Shown one piece after another: positions 60,478 through 64,000 of a stretch of DNA of 64,000 bases. This DNA comes from Candidatus Obscuribacteraceae bacterium (lineage in GTDB: Bacteria > Cyanobacteriota > Vampirovibrionia > Obscuribacterales > Obscuribacteraceae), in NCBI GenBank assembly GCA_044226015.1, contig JBGAHS010000001.1, positions 736,001 through 800,000 of the forward strand, written 5' to 3'. The notes below the pieces were generated by a model, which did not search any database, was not told the DNA's origin, and worked only from the letters and a program-made list of their open reading frames with translations. The first letter of the stretch is position 1; each line of letters starts with the position of its first letter. Made by a program: the position numbers and the translations under genes.

Positions 60478-61851
60478 CTAAAACTTTGGCTTTCCTGTTT
60501 TCAGCCATTCTCTGAAAGACGGTGCTTCGGTACTGCTTTGTTCGCTGGAAGATTCTTTCTTAGCGAGAAACTCGGCAAGCATTCTGTTGTACTGGGAGAT
60601 GTCCGACTCGCTGAACTTGTGTGCTGGAGGCGTGACCGCTTTGTTGGGATCGATCGTATTGCCGCCTGCTGACTCGGTTGTTCCAGCTGTTGCCGATGTT
60701 TCAGTGCCAGTCTCGGCATTCATTTTTTCAATTTCTGGAATAACTGGTATTGAGAGAACCTGGCGCTCGCTGAGTTCCCGAATAGCCGGTCTGCTGGTGT
60801 TTACAGGAGGCTGTTCTGCGCTTCCAAGATTAACTGGTCTTTGTGAGGATTCTTTTGTATCAGTGCTTGTGGACGGATCAGCCTTCTCTTTCGCGTCTTT
60901 ATTTTCTTGCACCGTGGGCGATACCGACTGCATAATTAGTTCTTTCGCTCTGGCAAAATGTTGAGAATCTGGCGGCACTTGATTCAGAAACTCTGTGCCT
61001 TTCTGTACGTCGCCAGCCTCTAATGCCTTTTCTCCCAACCTGAAAGCAGCTTCGCTAAACAGTGTCTCCTGTTGTTTGAAGTCTTCGGTTTTTCCCTGTG
61101 AGCGCAGCTCATTGAGTTTGTCGTAGACACCCTGATAGTTGTTTTTTGTGGCGTCATCTTTGACTTTCTCAATGATGGCACTCGCTGATACTACTGCCTT
61201 AGCATTTTTCTTTGCATCAACGTCTTTGTACATTTTATAGCCAACGAAAGAAAAAATGAGTCCGAAACCAACGATCGCGATAACGACGGCATTATTGACG
61301 AGGACCATGCCTGAGCCACCACGGTGACCCAGATCATTTTCAATAGGCTTGTCTTTACCGAATAGTGGCGAATGTAATTTTGTTTCTTCCTGGCTTTCAG
61401 GCGCTGCACCGCATGTGGTGTCAACTGTTGCACATATTGCTGTCTCAGATTCGACAGCTTGAACAGAAGAGTTGCTCTCCAGATCTGCGCTCTTGCAGCA
61501 GTTCTGGCTTAACGCTGTTTCAGCTTTGCTTTCATCAAGTGCTTCATCGCTGACAGCTTCTGACAGGTCTAGCTGATAATTAGAAAAATCATAGGTTTCG
61601 TTCTGAAGGCTATTGACCCGATAATCAGCTGTGCCTGCAGCGCTGCTTGGGTCTTCTAGTGCCGGCCAGTCAAAGTCAGACATGCCTTGTCCCACAGCGC
61701 TTTGCGCTGACTCGGGGCGCTTCTGCGTCAAGCCACATTCCTGACAGAAAGTATCTTTAACCGCTACTTCTGAGCCACATCTACGGCAGACTAATGTAAC
61801 TGGCACCGTTGTTCTCCCGCAAAACCAAATCTCTACTGCGTTATCGCTCAT
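60478..61851 (-). CDS. Zn-ribbon, single-TM hypothetical protein
   Basis: CRRCG...FCQECG, an acidic linker, TM VVIAIVGFGLIFSFVGY and a TPR-like helix pair. The start is uncertain. Confidence 0.7.
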   Translation of the reverse strand: MSDNAVEIWFCGRTTVPVTLVCRRCGSEVAVKDTFCQECGLTQKRPESAQSAVGQGMSDFDWPALEDPSSAAGTADYRVNSLQNETYDFSNYQLDLSEAVSDEALDESKAETALSQNCCKSADLESNSSVQAVESETAICATVDTTCGAAPESQEETKLHSPLFGKDKPIENDLGHRGGSGMVLVNNAVVIAIVGFGLIFSFVGYKMYKDVDAKKNAKAVVSASAIIEKVKDDATKNNYQGVYDKLNELRSQGKTEDFKQQETLFSEAAFRLGEKALEAGDVQKGTEFLNQVPPDSQHFARAKELIMQSVSPTVQENKDAKEKADPSTSTDTKESSQRPVNLGSAEQPPVNTSRPAIRELSERQVLSIPVIPEIEKMNAETGTETSATAGTTESAGGNTIDPNKAVTPPAHKFSESDISQYNRMLAEFLAKKESSSEQSSTEAPSFREWLKTGKPKF

Positions 61852-62035
61852 AGCTTTTCGGCATCTTCGCCGCCAGCATGAGTCTAGAAGAGAATAGCGA
61901 ATTCCTTCCTGCTTGTCAGCCCATCTTTTTCTAACTCAGAGCGGGTTTTATTTGTTTACACGCCTTCCTGTAACACAAGGTTGTTCGGATGCTAAGATTT
62001 GAAGCGTCGCATAGATTTTGGACCAGGGAAACAGT

Positions 62036-62368
62036 ATGAACGAAGTAGATAAGGCTGAGCTTATTCAAGGGTTGAAGGCGTTTCTTATACCCACCTGTTT
62101 GTTTATTTCCTGTCTCCTGGGCGCTGCGGGCATCTTCCTCATTCGCGAAGGCTACGGAGTCGGATGGGGATTCATCGCTGCCACAGTCACGATCATGGTC
62201 GCCTCGTTCGCAGCTTTCATAAACTTCCAGAACAAGCTGCGTTATGAAGGGAAGATGGTTGACCCTTATGATGAGCTGATTCCTGAAGCCGAAGCGTCCG
62301 AACCATCTGCTCTTGAGCAAAGCAGCGAAGTTAAAGCTGAGCCTCGCCAGAGGGCCGAAGTTAATTAG
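62036..62368 (+). CDS. Small two-TM membrane protein
   Basis: Two hydrophobic helices and an acidic tail; likely ATG at 62036. Confidence 0.65.
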   Translation: MNEVDKAELIQGLKAFLIPTCLFISCLLGAAGIFLIREGYGVGWGFIAATVTIMVASFAAFINFQNKLRYEGKMVDPYDELIPEAEASEPSALEQSSEVKAEPRQRAEVN

Positions 62369-62399
62369 ATTTGCCCCAGTGTTTTGGCAAGCTTAGAGC

Positions 62400-62426
62400 T
62401 AATTCCACCATGCTGTGGTGGAATTA
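62400..62426. promoter_or_regulatory. Perfect 11-bp inverted repeat (hairpin or operator)
   Basis: TAATTCCACCA-TGCTG-TGGTGGAATTA, intergenic and upstream of the protease pair; no U-tract. Confidence 0.5.
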
Positions 62427-62490
62427 CCATTCTCGCCGCGATAGCCCACGCCTATGATGCTCGTACGGTTGGTTGCCGTGGGAGAGTCAT

Positions 62491-63699
62491 ATGGAAAATT
62501 CCAGGGATCAAATCCCTGTCTTAAAACCTGGGGAAAAGTTTGCGGAGCCAAACGAGCCTCAGTCTGAGTTAGAGCCTTCAGTTAGAAAATTGTACCTGGA
62601 TAGCCTGCCGAAGACTGTCCAGATTAGAGCAGACAACGCCACCGGAAGCGGTTTTTTCATGGACAAAGATGGAAGAATCGGAACGGCGGCTCACGTTATT
62701 CTTGGTTCAAGAGAGCAGTTTGCAATCACTAGCGATGGTACGAAGTACAAGTTGCAGATCGAAAAAATTGATGATCTGAACGACATCGCAATTATGAAGC
62801 CGCTTGGTTATAAATCGGGTTCCTACCCTGTAGCAGAGATGGGTGACTCGACTTCCATAAAAAAGGGAACTGAATTCTTTCCGATGGGGCATCCTCAGGG
62901 ACGACGCCCTGCGTATATCTCTCCAGGTGAATTTGGCTCCGAAATGAAGAATTCCCAGCTCTTGCTGGATTTCCATCAGATGACTCAAGAAGAGCTGGAC
63001 GAGCGAATCGGTGAAGCCATAACTCCGAAGGAAACGCCTTTCATGAAATCAGCTCTCGAGCGTGATCTATTGAATGGAGTTGTTCATATTCGTCCGGGTG
63101 ATTCGGGCGGACCAGCCTTTGATGCAAACGGCAAAGTAATTGGCATCAATGACATGATCACCTCGTTCGAGAACGGGTACTTTGTTCCGGTAGAGAAAAT
63201 TCGCGCTCTATATGAGCAGAAGAATACTGACTTTGAAATAAGCTATCATCGTTCGCCAACCGCCTGGGCAGAGTCATATCAAAATCAATGGACTCAGAAG
63301 CCGATTGCGGCAGCGACTGAAACTGCGACTTTTGCTGGAGCCGCTTATCTAGGTAGCAGGGTCATTGGAGCTTCGCCACGCATGGGAAGTCTTGCTGTTG
63401 GGCTGGGCGAAGGAATGATGCTCTACAGCGATGCGGGTCAACTCATGCGCAGCACCGACGGAAGAGACCAGCTCAAATATACTCTTGCAAGCGCAGCGGA
63501 TGCGTCTGGATTGTTAGGCAGTGCTGCATTTCTGACTCGAATGCGAACAGGCGGTGCAATTGGCATCGGAGTTGGCATACTCGGACGCATAGCGGCAGAT
63601 TTTATTCCGACTCGCATGGTTATGACAGATCTGGTACGTAAGTCAGACCCTACGATGCCGCCTTTTACACAAGACATTGAGAAAAATCTGGGACTTTAA
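62491..63699 (+). CDS. Trypsin-like (S1/HtrA-type, no PDZ) serine protease with hydrophobic Gly-rich C-terminal helices
   Basis: GSGF, TAAHV (His), DIAI (Asp) and PGDSGGP (Ser) motifs; ATG at 62491 after GGAGAG. Confidence 0.88.
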   Translation: MENSRDQIPVLKPGEKFAEPNEPQSELEPSVRKLYLDSLPKTVQIRADNATGSGFFMDKDGRIGTAAHVILGSREQFAITSDGTKYKLQIEKIDDLNDIAIMKPLGYKSGSYPVAEMGDSTSIKKGTEFFPMGHPQGRRPAYISPGEFGSEMKNSQLLLDFHQMTQEELDERIGEAITPKETPFMKSALERDLLNGVVHIRPGDSGGPAFDANGKVIGINDMITSFENGYFVPVEKIRALYEQKNTDFEISYHRSPTAWAESYQNQWTQKPIAAATETATFAGAAYLGSRVIGASPRMGSLAVGLGEGMMLYSDAGQLMRSTDGRDQLKYTLASAADASGLLGSAAFLTRMRTGGAIGIGVGILGRIAADFIPTRMVMTDLVRKSDPTMPPFTQDIEKNLGL

Positions 63700-63714
63700 T
63701 GCGGGTAATCAAAA

Positions 63715-64000
63715 GTGAGTGATTTAAATATTCCAGTGCTGAAACTTGAAGTTCCAATCGGTAATCCGAATGAACCGCAGCCAAAAGTCGATGAAGCTTC
63801 TAGTAAGCTGTATATGGACTCTCAGGATAGCGTCTTGAGAATACAAGCCGGCAACAAACATGCCAGTGGTTTTCTTATTGATGACAAACAGCACATAGTA
63901 AGCTCTGCACATAACATCATAGGCTCAAAAGAGCAGTTTGCTGTTGATCGTCAGGGCAACCGCTATAAGCTTGAAATCGAGAAACTCGACGACCTCGCTG
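63715..64000 (+). CDS. Second, paralogous trypsin-like serine protease (runs off the window)
   Basis: Hand translation from GTG: MSDLNIPVLK...PNEPQ...KLYMDS...ASGF...SSAHNIIGSKEQFAV...YKLEIEKLDDL, colinear with the N-terminus of the upstream protease. Confidence 0.85.
   Translation, partial: MSDLNIPVLKLEVPIGNPNEPQPKVDEASSKLYMDSQDSVLRIQAGNKHASGFLIDDKQHIVSSAHNIIGSKEQFAVDRQGNRYKLEIEKLDDLA

Overview
A 64-kb bacterial chromosomal segment, probably from a non-photosynthetic cyanobacterial relative (Melainabacteria/Obscuribacterales-like). This is an inference from the DUF3370 gene, Zn-ribbon Ser/Thr kinases, MshEN-like repeats and giant beta-helical proteins. From left to right the window holds a grpE-dnaK-dnaJ-beta-propeller operon, a DUF1611/enolase-family epimerase pair (DgcN/DgcA-like), a 22-unit GCGAATCCA intergenic tandem array, a J-like protein, a Fur regulator and two glycosyltransferases. 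Next comes a ~9-kb accessory locus with a HipA remnant and three N-terminally truncated Rhs cassettes, each with a different C-terminus and a small partner gene. It is followed by a TPR gene, a CHAD gene and a trxB-HDO-TPR-GT4-YyaL cluster. Two tandem giant (2.2-2.6 kaa) beta-helical proteins share an unrecognised C-terminal domain and lie downstream of a TMTC-like membrane protein. The right end has two Ser/Thr kinases, a tandem double histidine kinase and two tandem trypsin-like proteases. The most interesting signals are four. (i) The double histidine kinase has complementarily degenerate halves: one keeps the ATPase motifs but lacks the His, the other keeps the His but has a degenerate ATPase. 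(ii) The giant proteins share a C-terminal domain that may be a sorting signal. (iii) All three Rhs tips carry an exact-length 16-aa conserved leader after the cleavage site. (iv) The variable-unit tandem array is dense in GANTC sites. No rRNA, tRNA, CRISPR array or transposase was recognised. All calls come from reading motifs by eye; no database search was run.
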